Source: Promethearchaeota archaeon (lineage in GTDB: Archaea > Asgardarchaeota > Lokiarchaeia > Sigyniarchaeales > SOKP01). From it: a DNA stretch of 32,000 nt. The stretch covers positions 310,778 through 342,777 of the forward strand of contig JAUWGH010000005.1 in assembly GCA_030606485.1 (NCBI GenBank), in the 5' to 3' direction. Below the pieces are notes generated by a model. The model worked only from the letters and a program-made list of their open reading frames with translations. It did not search any database and had not been told where the DNA came from. Each line of letters begins with the position of its first letter. Position 1 is the first letter of the stretch. Position numbers and translations under genes: made by a program. Below are positions 18,483 through 27,502 of this stretch, piece after piece.

Positions 18483-18620
18483 TGGAATACACCAGAATCT
18501 CGTTTTTACGAAGTAATTAAGAATTTAATAATTTTTTTTTAATTTAAAATTTTTTAAATTAACGTAAATCAACGCTCTCTATTCTTTTAAATTATAAATA
18601 GTTTTATGTTAAAATAATCA

Positions 18621-19886
18621 ATGATAGAACAAGGTATGATTAAAAAGAATCATTCAAAAGGCTACTCCAAACAAGAAAGATCAATTGGCACAACCAAAGA
18701 ACGTTGCTTAACTGTTGATTTAACCAAAATTGCTAAAGAATTTTCAAGTATTGAGAAGACTAAGCAATCTTTTGCGCAACTTATTCGAAATCAACTACCA
18801 AATCTTGATTTTTCTGAATACATAACATTTTACAGTTATCGTATAAAAGAGATGTCCTTGGTAAAACCAGTGAAACCTACAAGTATTAAAGGGTTAAGGA
18901 TTGCAGCAGTTGATGGAAGTCTTGTTACAAAAAAATTCCAAGGGATTGATTTAATCTTCTTGAAATCTATCGTGGTAAAATATTTCTTTACAAGCCAACA
19001 TTCTGCAGAAATAAAATATTATCCTGATGTTAGTGGCTATAATAATTATTCTATTCAAACTAATTATTTTAATATTAATGAAAATGGCATTGATCTAACT
19101 GGGTCTTTAGAGCAAACTTTCATGGAAATAAATCAATTAAATTCTATGCTAAAAAATAATGAGGAATATATTGATTTAATAATTTTGGATGGTTCAATCC
19201 TTGTTACTCCTATCAATTTATTATTTTCGAAAAATTATGAAATTTCTAAAAGATATGACCGAGTTCTTAGAGAATATAGAAACCTCTATAAAAAATGTCA
19301 AGAGAGGGGTATCACATTAGTCGGCTCAATTAAAGATACTCGAACGGCAGCTTTAACTAATACACTTACTCAAACTATCCAAATGTTAATTTCTGAAAAA
19401 AAAATACTTCAAGAGTTCCTTAAAATTAATTATCGTGAAATAATTAAATATTTTTCAGATTATGATCTCTTTTCGAGAGTATTAAATGTAGGAGAAAGAA
19501 GTTGTGTTTTTAGATGTAATACTGATATTGATAAGATAAGACATACTAATATTAAGAAGAATATCCCAAATTACTTTCCTGTAGATTTTTTTGCATTTTA
19601 CTTAAAAAATGTCCCTTATGATAACCCATTAAGAATAGAATTTTTCATGGATGAGAGCCATGATATTAAAGATATTTCGAAAAAAGCAGATTTAATTGCA
19701 TCCATAATATACCCGCTTTCAAATCTTAATAAAAATTATGGATTGCCGGTTTGTCAGATTGAAGCCCACCAAAGGTCTGTCTTTAAATCTGATGAGATAA
19801 ATTTAATCTTTAATTCATTAAAAACACTCTTACACAAATATGGTATCTCTTTTTTTGAAAAAAGAAGAAACCGACGACCGTTTTAA
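18621..19886 (+). CDS. nurA: NurA-family 5'-3' nuclease
   Basis: IAAVDGS, LIILDGS, VGSIKD, PLRIEF, YGLP....EAH..S and C-terminal RNRRPF. Confidence 0.85.
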   Translation: MIEQGMIKKNHSKGYSKQERSIGTTKERCLTVDLTKIAKEFSSIEKTKQSFAQLIRNQLPNLDFSEYITFYSYRIKEMSLVKPVKPTSIKGLRIAAVDGSLVTKKFQGIDLIFLKSIVVKYFFTSQHSAEIKYYPDVSGYNNYSIQTNYFNINENGIDLTGSLEQTFMEINQLNSMLKNNEEYIDLIILDGSILVTPINLLFSKNYEISKRYDRVLREYRNLYKKCQERGITLVGSIKDTRTAALTNTLTQTIQMLISEKKILQEFLKINYREIIKYFSDYDLFSRVLNVGERSCVFRCNTDIDKIRHTNIKKNIPNYFPVDFFAFYLKNVPYDNPLRIEFFMDESHDIKDISKKADLIASIIYPLSNLNKNYGLPVCQIEAHQRSVFKSDEINLIFNSLKTLLHKYGISFFEKRRNRRPF

Positions 19887-19888
19887 AA

Positions 19889-20566
19889 TTAAACCCTTGT
19901 AATACAATGTAAGATAATATCCTCAAAAAAAAAATGAGTTTTTATTAAAATTTTTAGCTCAAACCCCAATTCTTCTATTTTCGCATAGAGTAAATCAAGA
20001 GCTGAATTAGTAGAAAATAAGAAATAGATAAAAGATTTTTCTATAGGAGATAAAAATTCTATTGATTGAATTAAAAAATTTTCAAATATTTCAATTCCTT
20101 TTTTCCCGCCGTCCCAGCTATAAAAATTTCTTTTTTCATTTTTTTTTTTAAAAATTGACTCGGAAGGTAAATAAGGTGGGTTGAAAAAAATAATTTTAAA
20201 TTTATGTTTCAATGAAATTGGAAAATTTTTAAAAAGATTAGAGTGAATAAAGACAATTTCATTCTCTAAGCTATTTTTTTTGGCATTTTTTTTCGAAAGT
20301 TTAATTGCATCTAGGAGGATATCAGAGGCGTAAATCTTAATATTCAAACCTAAATTGGATTTAAAATATTTTGCAAAAAAAATAGCAATTATTCCTGTAC
20401 CCGTGCCCATATCGAGAATATATGAAATTTTATTTAATTTTATTCCATCAATATTATCTTTGTTAATGAATTGCTTGAAATATTTCAAAAATAAGTAAGT
20501 ATCATCTAAAGGTTTATATACATTTTTATTAAAATCTAAGTTTAATTCCTTAGATATGTCATCCAA
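19889..20566 (-). CDS. prmC: HemK/N6AMT1-like protein-glutamine methyltransferase (probably acts on aRF1)
   Basis: VYKP.DDTYL, LDMGTGTG, FNPPYLP, WDGGKKG; located downstream of rsmA as in the conserved archaeal cluster. Confidence 0.85.
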   Translation of the reverse strand: MDDISKELNLDFNKNVYKPLDDTYLFLKYFKQFINKDNIDGIKLNKISYILDMGTGTGIIAIFFAKYFKSNLGLNIKIYASDILLDAIKLSKKNAKKNSLENEIVFIHSNLFKNFPISLKHKFKIIFFNPPYLPSESIFKKKNEKRNFYSWDGGKKGIEIFENFLIQSIEFLSPIEKSFIYFLFSTNSALDLLYAKIEELGFELKILIKTHFFFEDIILHCITRV

Positions 20567-20591
20567 AGAAATTGTATTGGAATTATCCTTT

Positions 20592-21470
20592 CTAATCCTT
20601 ATCCCACAACTTTTTTAACTTAATTAATTTTGCAATTTTTATGAGGTCATCTTTTGAAAATGCTCTCACTTTTTTCTCTTTCTGATTACCTTCTAATAGA
20701 TTATATATTTCATTTCTTCCAACCTTAAAAATCCTCAGATATAAATATAAAGCTTTAGAAATGTTTTTATTCTTATAAGGAAAAATCCCTCTTAATAAAT
20801 CTAAATATAATTTTCTATTATTCTTATCTTTTAAAAAAATATCAATATTTTGATGAGGTATAAGCTTAATCATAGATAATTTGATTTTTGGAACTGGATA
20901 AAAACAATGTGGTGGAACTTCTTTAATTATTGTAGGTTTTACAAACGTATTCACGGATACACTCAAACGGCTATAATTTTTATCATTTGGTTTGGCGACT
21001 ATTCTCTTAGCTAAACTTTCTTCAATAATTATATATACTTCAGGAATTTCTTCCATTAAAAAAAATTTTGAAATAATTGGACCTGTCATCGTATATGGAA
21101 TATTTGAAACTACCTTGTTATGGGGGGGAATTTCAATCTTTAAGAAATTTCCATAAATTAGATCCAAATTCTCAATGTTTGAAGTATATTCCTTTAAAAA
21201 GTTATAGAGTTTGATGTCATATTCGATTGCATATACTTTTTTAGCATTCTGAACCAAAAGAAAAGTTAAAGCTCCCAATCCTGCCCCTATTTCTAAAACT
21301 TCATCACGATTTCTGAATAATTTTGCCTCTGAAATTAATCGATTTGCAGTATTTTTATCTGTTAAAAAATTTTGCCCTAATCTCTTTTTTGGTATGATAT
21401 GCAATTTTTTTAAAATTAAATTAGGTTTAAACGGATATATGCCTAAATCTTCTGGGTTATGATTCGACAT
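20592..21470 (-). CDS. rsmA: 16S rRNA m6,2A dimethyltransferase (KsgA/Dim1)
   Basis: KKRLGQNFL, LEIGAGLGALT, VVSNIPY, NYSRLSV, CFYPVPK. Confidence 0.95.
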   Translation of the reverse strand: MSNHNPEDLGIYPFKPNLILKKLHIIPKKRLGQNFLTDKNTANRLISEAKLFRNRDEVLEIGAGLGALTFLLVQNAKKVYAIEYDIKLYNFLKEYTSNIENLDLIYGNFLKIEIPPHNKVVSNIPYTMTGPIISKFFLMEEIPEVYIIIEESLAKRIVAKPNDKNYSRLSVSVNTFVKPTIIKEVPPHCFYPVPKIKLSMIKLIPHQNIDIFLKDKNNRKLYLDLLRGIFPYKNKNISKALYLYLRIFKVGRNEIYNLLEGNQKEKKVRAFSKDDLIKIAKLIKLKKLWDKD

Positions 21471-21569
21471 TTTTTTTTGCCTTTTCTGATAAAATTTTAG
21501 CAGAAATTGAAAAATGATTATGTTTTGAGATTTCTTTTACTTAAATTTTTTAAAAATACTTTAAAAAAT

Positions 21570-22298
21570 TTATTTTTGATATTTTTCTCGTCTTAATTGA
21601 GAACGACGTCTTTCATATCTTGGTGAGAATTGCCTTCTAGAATCAGTTCTAACTTGTTCATATCGTTGGGTTTTTGAGAATATATAATATTTCACATCTC
21701 GAGTTAATTCCTTAATAATTAATTTTACCAAAAGGTGAACTGGGTCTGAGATACTTGTTCTTTCAGACATATCTTTAAAGGATTCAAATTTTTTTCTATT
21801 TCTTACTTCAATTATCTCCCACATTAATTTATTGCCTATTCCTGGAATTAGTTGAAGTTGGTGTAGCCTTGGTGTTATTGAAACCGAATTATTAAAAAAA
21901 TATAAATATTCTTCAGCTTGTTCTTTAATCCTTTCTTCTAGAACCGAAGGCAATAAAGCTTTAGATGTAGGAGTTAAATCATTATGATCAATTTTTTTTG
22001 TTACTTTTCCTAATTTGTGAGATTCTCTGAAATCTCCATAAATTCCCTTGTCTTGAACTTTTAAATCCGAATCTCTGATATATTCTACTTCATAAAGAAC
22101 GAAATCTTCGAGACTTATTAATTGAACAATGGGTTTCTGTTTATGCATTGGTACATCATTTGAGAAGTGGCCATGCATAAGAATATCAACAATTTGAATT
22201 AATCTATCTTTCTTTATAAATTGAGTTTTCCCTTTTTCTCTCCCTCTAGGAGATTTACCTCTTCTGTTTCCTGAATACCTCAAATCCCTATTGCTCAA
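21570..22298 (-). CDS. DUF655 family putative RNA-binding protein with basic terminal extensions
   Basis: Core IVDIL.HG, FF N....ITPRLHQLQLIPGIG.K.MWEII..R..K.FESF.D..ER, and YY.F; located between rpo4 and rsmA. TTG start. Confidence 0.9.
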   Translation of the reverse strand: MSNRDLRYSGNRRGKSPRGREKGKTQFIKKDRLIQIVDILMHGHFSNDVPMHKQKPIVQLISLEDFVLYEVEYIRDSDLKVQDKGIYGDFRESHKLGKVTKKIDHNDLTPTSKALLPSVLEERIKEQAEEYLYFFNNSVSITPRLHQLQLIPGIGNKLMWEIIEVRNRKKFESFKDMSERTSISDPVHLLVKLIIKELTRDVKYYIFSKTQRYEQVRTDSRRQFSPRYERRRSQLRREKYQK

Positions 22299-22477
22299 TA
22301 TAAATCAACTTAACGCTTTTAAAATTTCGCCTAAATTAGTTTATCAAGGAAATTTTTTTTTAAAATTTCTTTAAGTTATAATTCATTAATTTTACAATAA
22401 TTTTCTATAAACTATTTAAATATTTAAATCTTAATTTGGAAAGATTTGAAATAATAGAATTAGAATGCATTAAGACA

Positions 22478-22843
22478 TTATTTTGCTTTAATTTCATTTA
22501 TTTTATATAAAATTTCTTGCAATTTATCTGAATCAAAATTTTTCCCTTCTGAGCTTTTTTCGAAAATAGTTTTCAATTCCGGTACGGTCTGCGGATTTAT
22601 GTTTGCAACATTTACAGCAAAAACATAGTCAAGATTATAATCCTCCGAAAGCATTTTTATTATCTCTAAAGCTTGCTTTTCAGAAAATTCAGAAAATTTA
22701 GAAACATAATCTAATGTTATTTGCTGGAAATGGGACATTTCTTCCGTTGTTCCTGAATCAATAACTGTTTTTTTAAATTTTTCCATTAATTCTTTAACTT
22801 CCGGAATTGATAGAATTTTTTCATCTATTAATTTTCGACTAAT
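22478..22843 (-). CDS. rpo4: DNA-directed RNA polymerase subunit Rpo4 (RpoF/Rpb4); likely ATT start at 22843
   Basis: Q..TLDY...FS, A.....L, NINPQTVPELKTIF, and the conserved position between rpl21e and DUF655. The reading frame extends 19 codons upstream of the ORF-track ATG (22786), giving SRKLIDEKILSIPEVKEL, the typical RpoF N-terminus. Confidence 0.88.
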   Translation of the reverse strand: MSRKLIDEKILSIPEVKELMEKFKKTVIDSGTTEEMSHFQQITLDYVSKFSEFSEKQALEIIKMLSEDYNLDYVFAVNVANINPQTVPELKTIFEKSSEGKNFDSDKLQEILYKINEIKAK

Positions 22844-22850
22844 TTTTAAT

Positions 22851-22858
22851 ACCCCTTT
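22851..22858 (-). promoter_or_regulatory. Putative Shine-Dalgarno sequence for the ATT start of rpo4
   Basis: AAAGGGGT on the minus strand, 7 nt upstream of ATT at 22843. Confidence 0.55.
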
Positions 22859-22897
22859 AAAATTACTAATTATGGATAAATTACGGTTTCACTCAAT

Positions 22898-23203
22898 TTA
22901 AGATAGAGCTCCAGTGCTAAGACGTATATGTTCTTTCCCAACAATAATCATTTTTTTAGCATTTCCAATTTTTAGCTGAATCTCGTAGCAGCGACCACGT
23001 ATCCCAATAACTGTTCCTGTTTTCCCATGAAATCGGCGATGTGGCATACCCCGTTTATGGGCACCTGAATTTGTTATAATATCAACTTTATTTCCAATTT
23101 CAAAATCAATTAGATATTTTTCTATTGAGCCTAATCCCCGTTTTCTCACATTCTTTCTATGAAGGCTTCGAGTTTTATTTCTATATCCTTTATGTAATGT
23201 CAT
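22898..23203 (-). CDS. rpl21e: 50S ribosomal protein eL21
   Basis: KGYRNKTR.L.RK..R.RG, KVDI, GMPHRRFHGKTGTV, EHIR. Confidence 0.97.
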   Translation of the reverse strand: MTLHKGYRNKTRSLHRKNVRKRGLGSIEKYLIDFEIGNKVDIITNSGAHKRGMPHRRFHGKTGTVIGIRGRCYEIQLKIGNAKKMIIVGKEHIRLSTGALS

Positions 23204-23332
23204 AATACGGCTTTTGATTAATATCCAAATTCAAAAATCTAATTTGATATTTTAATAAAATTAAGATTATTTATTTATTTTACTCATTCATTTTCTATAA
23301 ATTTTAATTATTTATATCTATTAGTTTAAAAT

Positions 23333-24589
23333 ATGCTATTAGATATTTTAGAAGAAGAAATAAAGGAAAAAATAACAATTGAAAATATTTTTAGGATCTT
23401 CAATAATTTTATTCTTCCTCTCATTACAAAAGAAGAACAGGAATTTCTTGTAGAATTGGAAGACTTTTTGATAAGAGAAATAGAGCCTAAGATAGATCTT
23501 AGCAAAGACGTCTATGAACTATTTCCAATTTTAGGAAAAGGAAATTATATTCAAAGATTAAATCCATATGGGAATGATGATCACCAAAAATTTGGCATGC
23601 GATATGAAATGCTTCTAGCTATGGCAACTTCAATTATTGATCCAGAACTGGACTTAGCGAGAGTAGTATCAGGTGTTATTTTTGCAAATCCATTATTCCA
23701 ACATGGAAAGGGAGACCATAATTCTGAAATTATAGACCAAATTATGTCCGGAAAGAAGATTGGGGCTATATGTATAACTGAAAGACTTCACGGGTCCGAT
23801 GCGGTAAATATGGAAACTCAAGTAATAGAAGAAACGGATCATTTAGTAATTAACGGAGAAAAATTATATACTACAAATGGACCTGTAGCTGATTATTTTA
23901 TTGTATATGGAGTTTCAGAACCCTCCGATCCCCGAGGCTCAATGTATCAGGTAATTGCAGAACGCGGATTTGAAGGTCTAGAAACCCACAGAATCGCCGT
24001 TCAATCGATTCCAAGGGTTCAAATCGGACAAATACTTTTCAATTCAGTTAAAATACCTAAAAGAAATATAATTGGACCAAAAGGAAATGGATATAAAAAT
24101 TTATTCTCTGGATTAGTTGCAGAACGAGATGCAATCATCGGCTCAAGCCTGGGAATAAGTTGGTTAACTTCAATCACTGCACTTATTTATACAAATTTTC
24201 GAAAACAGTTTGGAAGGCCCATATATGATTTTCAAGGAGTTAGTTTTCCAATTACCCAATCATTTACGGAATTAATGGCTGCCACTGAATTTGGAATTAG
24301 AAGTGCTACTGTATATAAAAAAATGTTAAAATATTTTGATGAACAAAAGTTTATTAAATACAGCGCTGCCTTTAGTTCAGGGACAAAATTTCTTGCATCT
24401 AATTTAGCTCAAAAAATTTCTTATGAAGCCCAACAACTATGTGGTGGGATTGCCTTTACGGACAATCTCAGAATAGATAAAGCTCTTGAAGTAAGTAAAG
24501 TACAAGAAATAATTGGCGGAGCAAGGAATATTCAACTACATTTGGTCAGCAGAGCAATCAGAGATATGGTCAGAAGATTAGTAATTTAA
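23333..24589 (+). CDS. Acyl-CoA dehydrogenase
   Basis: GAICITERLHGSDA, INGEKLYTTNG, RKQFGRPI..FQGV, AQQLCGGIAF, EIIGGA..IQ. Confidence 0.92.
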   Translation: MLLDILEEEIKEKITIENIFRIFNNFILPLITKEEQEFLVELEDFLIREIEPKIDLSKDVYELFPILGKGNYIQRLNPYGNDDHQKFGMRYEMLLAMATSIIDPELDLARVVSGVIFANPLFQHGKGDHNSEIIDQIMSGKKIGAICITERLHGSDAVNMETQVIEETDHLVINGEKLYTTNGPVADYFIVYGVSEPSDPRGSMYQVIAERGFEGLETHRIAVQSIPRVQIGQILFNSVKIPKRNIIGPKGNGYKNLFSGLVAERDAIIGSSLGISWLTSITALIYTNFRKQFGRPIYDFQGVSFPITQSFTELMAATEFGIRSATVYKKMLKYFDEQKFIKYSAAFSSGTKFLASNLAQKISYEAQQLCGGIAFTDNLRIDKALEVSKVQEIIGGARNIQLHLVSRAIRDMVRRLVI

Positions 24590-24629
24590 GTTTAAAGATC
24601 TTTTTTCCTTTAATTATCTCTCAGAATAA

Positions 24630-25919
24630 TTAAATCGTATTTCTTTCGATTTTTAATTTAAAGTTATAAGTTTCCGTTAAATGTGGCTTTATTAAAAAGA
24701 CTGCAATCCAGTAAAATGGAATCAAGCACAATTCGATAAATATAGATATAATAAAAGGAGCTGATAGAGATATATTATCCCATGCTAAACCCCCTAAAAT
24801 TGGACCTACAATGCATCCAAAACTAGCAAATATTGATTGAAACCCCATAATTTTTCCCCGATGCTTTAATGTAATTCTGCTCAATAAATTTATCAATACT
24901 AGACTAGCTGTTCCTACAATGGTAATGTCAAAAATTAAAAGAATAGCAAAAATCCATAAATTCGTTGTATTAATCAAAAACCATGTAATAATTGAACCAG
25001 TTACGCTACTAACGGTTATTCCAATTAATGGATGAATTTTATCTAGCGCTTCACCTAATTTTGGAGCGATCAACATAGAAATAATCCCACTTGGCATATA
25101 TACCCAGATTACAATCGTGGGATCGCTTTCTATCACTTCTAATAAATAAATATTTAAAAAAGGTTTTGCAAGTGAGCCATTAACATTACTCAAGAGTAGA
25201 ACGACTAATAAAAAAACTGAACCAATTAATAATGGTTTAGAAAAAACCGTTGTAGAGACTTCTTCTGTTATAGATTTATTTGATTTTATTGGATTATCCA
25301 TAAATTTAATCGATTCATCTACTTTGAGAATAAATAGAATTCCTGCGATAAAGTTTGCAATACCAAACATTAGGATTGGACTATAAATAATAAAGGCGTT
25401 ATCGGTAGTTTGAAATCCCCAACTAAAAATTGTAAAGCCTATTATTGATCCAATTAATAAACCTTTCCCAATCGCAGAATCACGCTTACCATATGCTTGG
25501 GAACGATGATTTTTATTAGATTTTTCTGCAATTAATGTATTAAAGGGAATCCAGAAAAACCCTACGAAAAAGCCCAACGTAAAACCACCGATAACTAAAC
25601 CGATTAAAGAATTCAAAACTATTGCCGTATAGAATACAAAATACGCAAAACCTCGTCCAAATGAACCGAGTAAGATTAATTTCGTTTTTGATTTAATTCG
25701 ATCAGCAATAATACTTGTAAAAAAGGAACTAATCAATTGACCAATAACATGAACGGAAAATATTAATCCCATTTGCGTACCAGTTGCATTTAATTGTTGG
25801 CTTGCAAAATATTGAATAATAAATTCTAAAAAAAAGAAGCCTAAACTATTAAGAATAACAATCTGGATCATAGGCTTAAAATCATATGTATATCGCTCCC
25901 AATTTTTTTCAGATTGCAC
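24630..25919 (-). CDS. MFS transporter
   Basis: About 12 hydrophobic helices, with IIADRIKSK, LIAEKS...HRSQAYG, RGKIMG and GPILGGLAWD. GTG start. Confidence 0.85.
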   Translation of the reverse strand: MQSEKNWERYTYDFKPMIQIVILNSLGFFFLEFIIQYFASQQLNATGTQMGLIFSVHVIGQLISSFFTSIIADRIKSKTKLILLGSFGRGFAYFVFYTAIVLNSLIGLVIGGFTLGFFVGFFWIPFNTLIAEKSNKNHRSQAYGKRDSAIGKGLLIGSIIGFTIFSWGFQTTDNAFIIYSPILMFGIANFIAGILFILKVDESIKFMDNPIKSNKSITEEVSTTVFSKPLLIGSVFLLVVLLLSNVNGSLAKPFLNIYLLEVIESDPTIVIWVYMPSGIISMLIAPKLGEALDKIHPLIGITVSSVTGSIITWFLINTTNLWIFAILLIFDITIVGTASLVLINLLSRITLKHRGKIMGFQSIFASFGCIVGPILGGLAWDNISLSAPFIISIFIELCLIPFYWIAVFLIKPHLTETYNFKLKIERNTI

Positions 25920-26008
25920 GAATAAGTTATCAACTGAAGTAATTTAATATAGTTTAAAATATAGAATCAAATTTATTCTTTTATCTTTTATTAGATCTTT
26001 TTTCTTGC

Positions 26009-27376
26009 TTAATATTCTACATTTAATACGTCCAATTCTTTACATATACATTGGAAACCAAATATTTCAGTTAAAGACGGTGTTGTCCTTCCCCCATCGC
26101 CATTAATTAACTCTTTTATGTACGTTCCTCCAATAGTTTTTATAGTAAAATTAGCATGCTTCGAATTAATTAAAGAGCCATTAATTTCAAATACTTTTTT
26201 TTTACGAGTTAAATCTGCCCTTCTATGCAATACTCTTTGTGGTGTTTTCTGTAAGATTATATTATTCTCTAATTTCTCTTTTAACTCATTTAATTTCTCA
26301 TTAAAAATTAATTGATTAATATCTTTATCAAACTCTACAAAAGCTTGATAAATTTTTTTTGAGAACTCTGCACCAGCCTTTAAGTTAATCATTTTTCTGC
26401 GAGTGCTAAATTCTAAATTAAAAATCTCAACTTTCTTTTTATTTTTTTTATTAACTTTCTTTTCCAATTTTCGAAGGTCAAGTTTTCTTATCTTAGGCTG
26501 AATTAATTGTAAAACAAAGGGTCTACCACTTCCTAACATTCTAGCGTCGATATCTTCCCGTCCTGCTCCGTGAAATTTTGAATCTGATGCTTTTGAATAT
26601 TTTACAAATAAATCAGAGATCTTCTCTTCTACACTCGTTGGATATTGTTTACCTGTTCCATTACACTCTTTACAACCTTGGCCCCTACAATTTCTGCAGA
26701 ACCAATGAGTTTGAGGTATCCCTCGCTCAAATTTTCTATATCTGCCATAAATAAAAAGAGGGTTAATTTGGAGAGATAAATTAAATTTCTCATAAGAGAG
26801 GTTAAAAATAAATAAAATTTCAGGATTTTTAAATTCAACTGGTCTCGTGATGCCTTTCTCAATAAGTTTTCCTACTTCTCGGTTGAAATGATTTTTAAAG
26901 GATTCAGAATATGTTAGGTTAAATTCCGATTTAAATTTATCTTCTTTGTTGATAATAAAATCACAACTACAACCAACTAGAAAATTATCAAACTCAATTT
27001 CTTGAGATTCTACCATTGCTTTTGATGCATATTGATTTAAATTATCAAAAATACCCAGACATAAATAACATTTTTTTGAATCATCAAATTGTTGGAATTT
27101 AATACCTTTGTTCCGTAAGATATTTTGAGCAATTATGTAATTAGCTTTTTCGGCAAGGATTTTTATTCCCTCTAAACCTTTATTTGAAATATCTTGTTCT
27201 TTTGATAATATCTTTCTGTGGAGTTCTAAGGTTGAGGCTAATAATAATGACTCACCTCTCATCTTATTTGTAAGTCCGGAGCCTAAAATAGCAAAAAGCC
27301 TTCCAAGACACTTAGAACACACGTAATAATCTTGTCCATAAATGTCCAAAATTTTAACCAAATTATTCATGTTCAC
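26009..27376 (-). CDS. pus10: tRNA pseudouridine(54/55) synthase Pus10
   Basis: C..CLGR.F, C.LC, THUMP region, GRYRKFERGIPQTHW.C..C.G.GC..C, FHGAGREDIDARMLGSGRPF, QKTPQRVLHRRAD, GGTYIKELI.GD.GRT.PS. Start is GTG 27376 or the ATG two codons later. Confidence 0.97.
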   Translation of the reverse strand: MNMNNLVKILDIYGQDYYVCSKCLGRLFAILGSGLTNKMRGESLLLASTLELHRKILSKEQDISNKGLEGIKILAEKANYIIAQNILRNKGIKFQQFDDSKKCYLCLGIFDNLNQYASKAMVESQEIEFDNFLVGCSCDFIINKEDKFKSEFNLTYSESFKNHFNREVGKLIEKGITRPVEFKNPEILFIFNLSYEKFNLSLQINPLFIYGRYRKFERGIPQTHWFCRNCRGQGCKECNGTGKQYPTSVEEKISDLFVKYSKASDSKFHGAGREDIDARMLGSGRPFVLQLIQPKIRKLDLRKLEKKVNKKNKKKVEIFNLEFSTRRKMINLKAGAEFSKKIYQAFVEFDKDINQLIFNEKLNELKEKLENNIILQKTPQRVLHRRADLTRKKKVFEINGSLINSKHANFTIKTIGGTYIKELINGDGGRTTPSLTEIFGFQCICKELDVLNVEY

Positions 27377-27502
27377 TTCAATAATTTAAATAAAGTGAAT
27401 TTTCCTTTAATTTTTGATATTTTGCTAAAAAAATATATTTTTATACTTATTTCTCTAATTTGAAATAATATTCAAAGAAGTTTTGAATATGCAAAATTTA
27501 TT

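Noticed and set aside
18292-18516. 74-aa + strand ORF from the track
   Set aside because: Ile/Lys/Asn-rich composition typical of the antisense of a membrane-protein sequence; the - strand 54-aa frame is more plausible.
26118-26862. ORFs 26118-26315 and 26629-26862
   Set aside because: Nested in pus10 (antisense or alternate frame).
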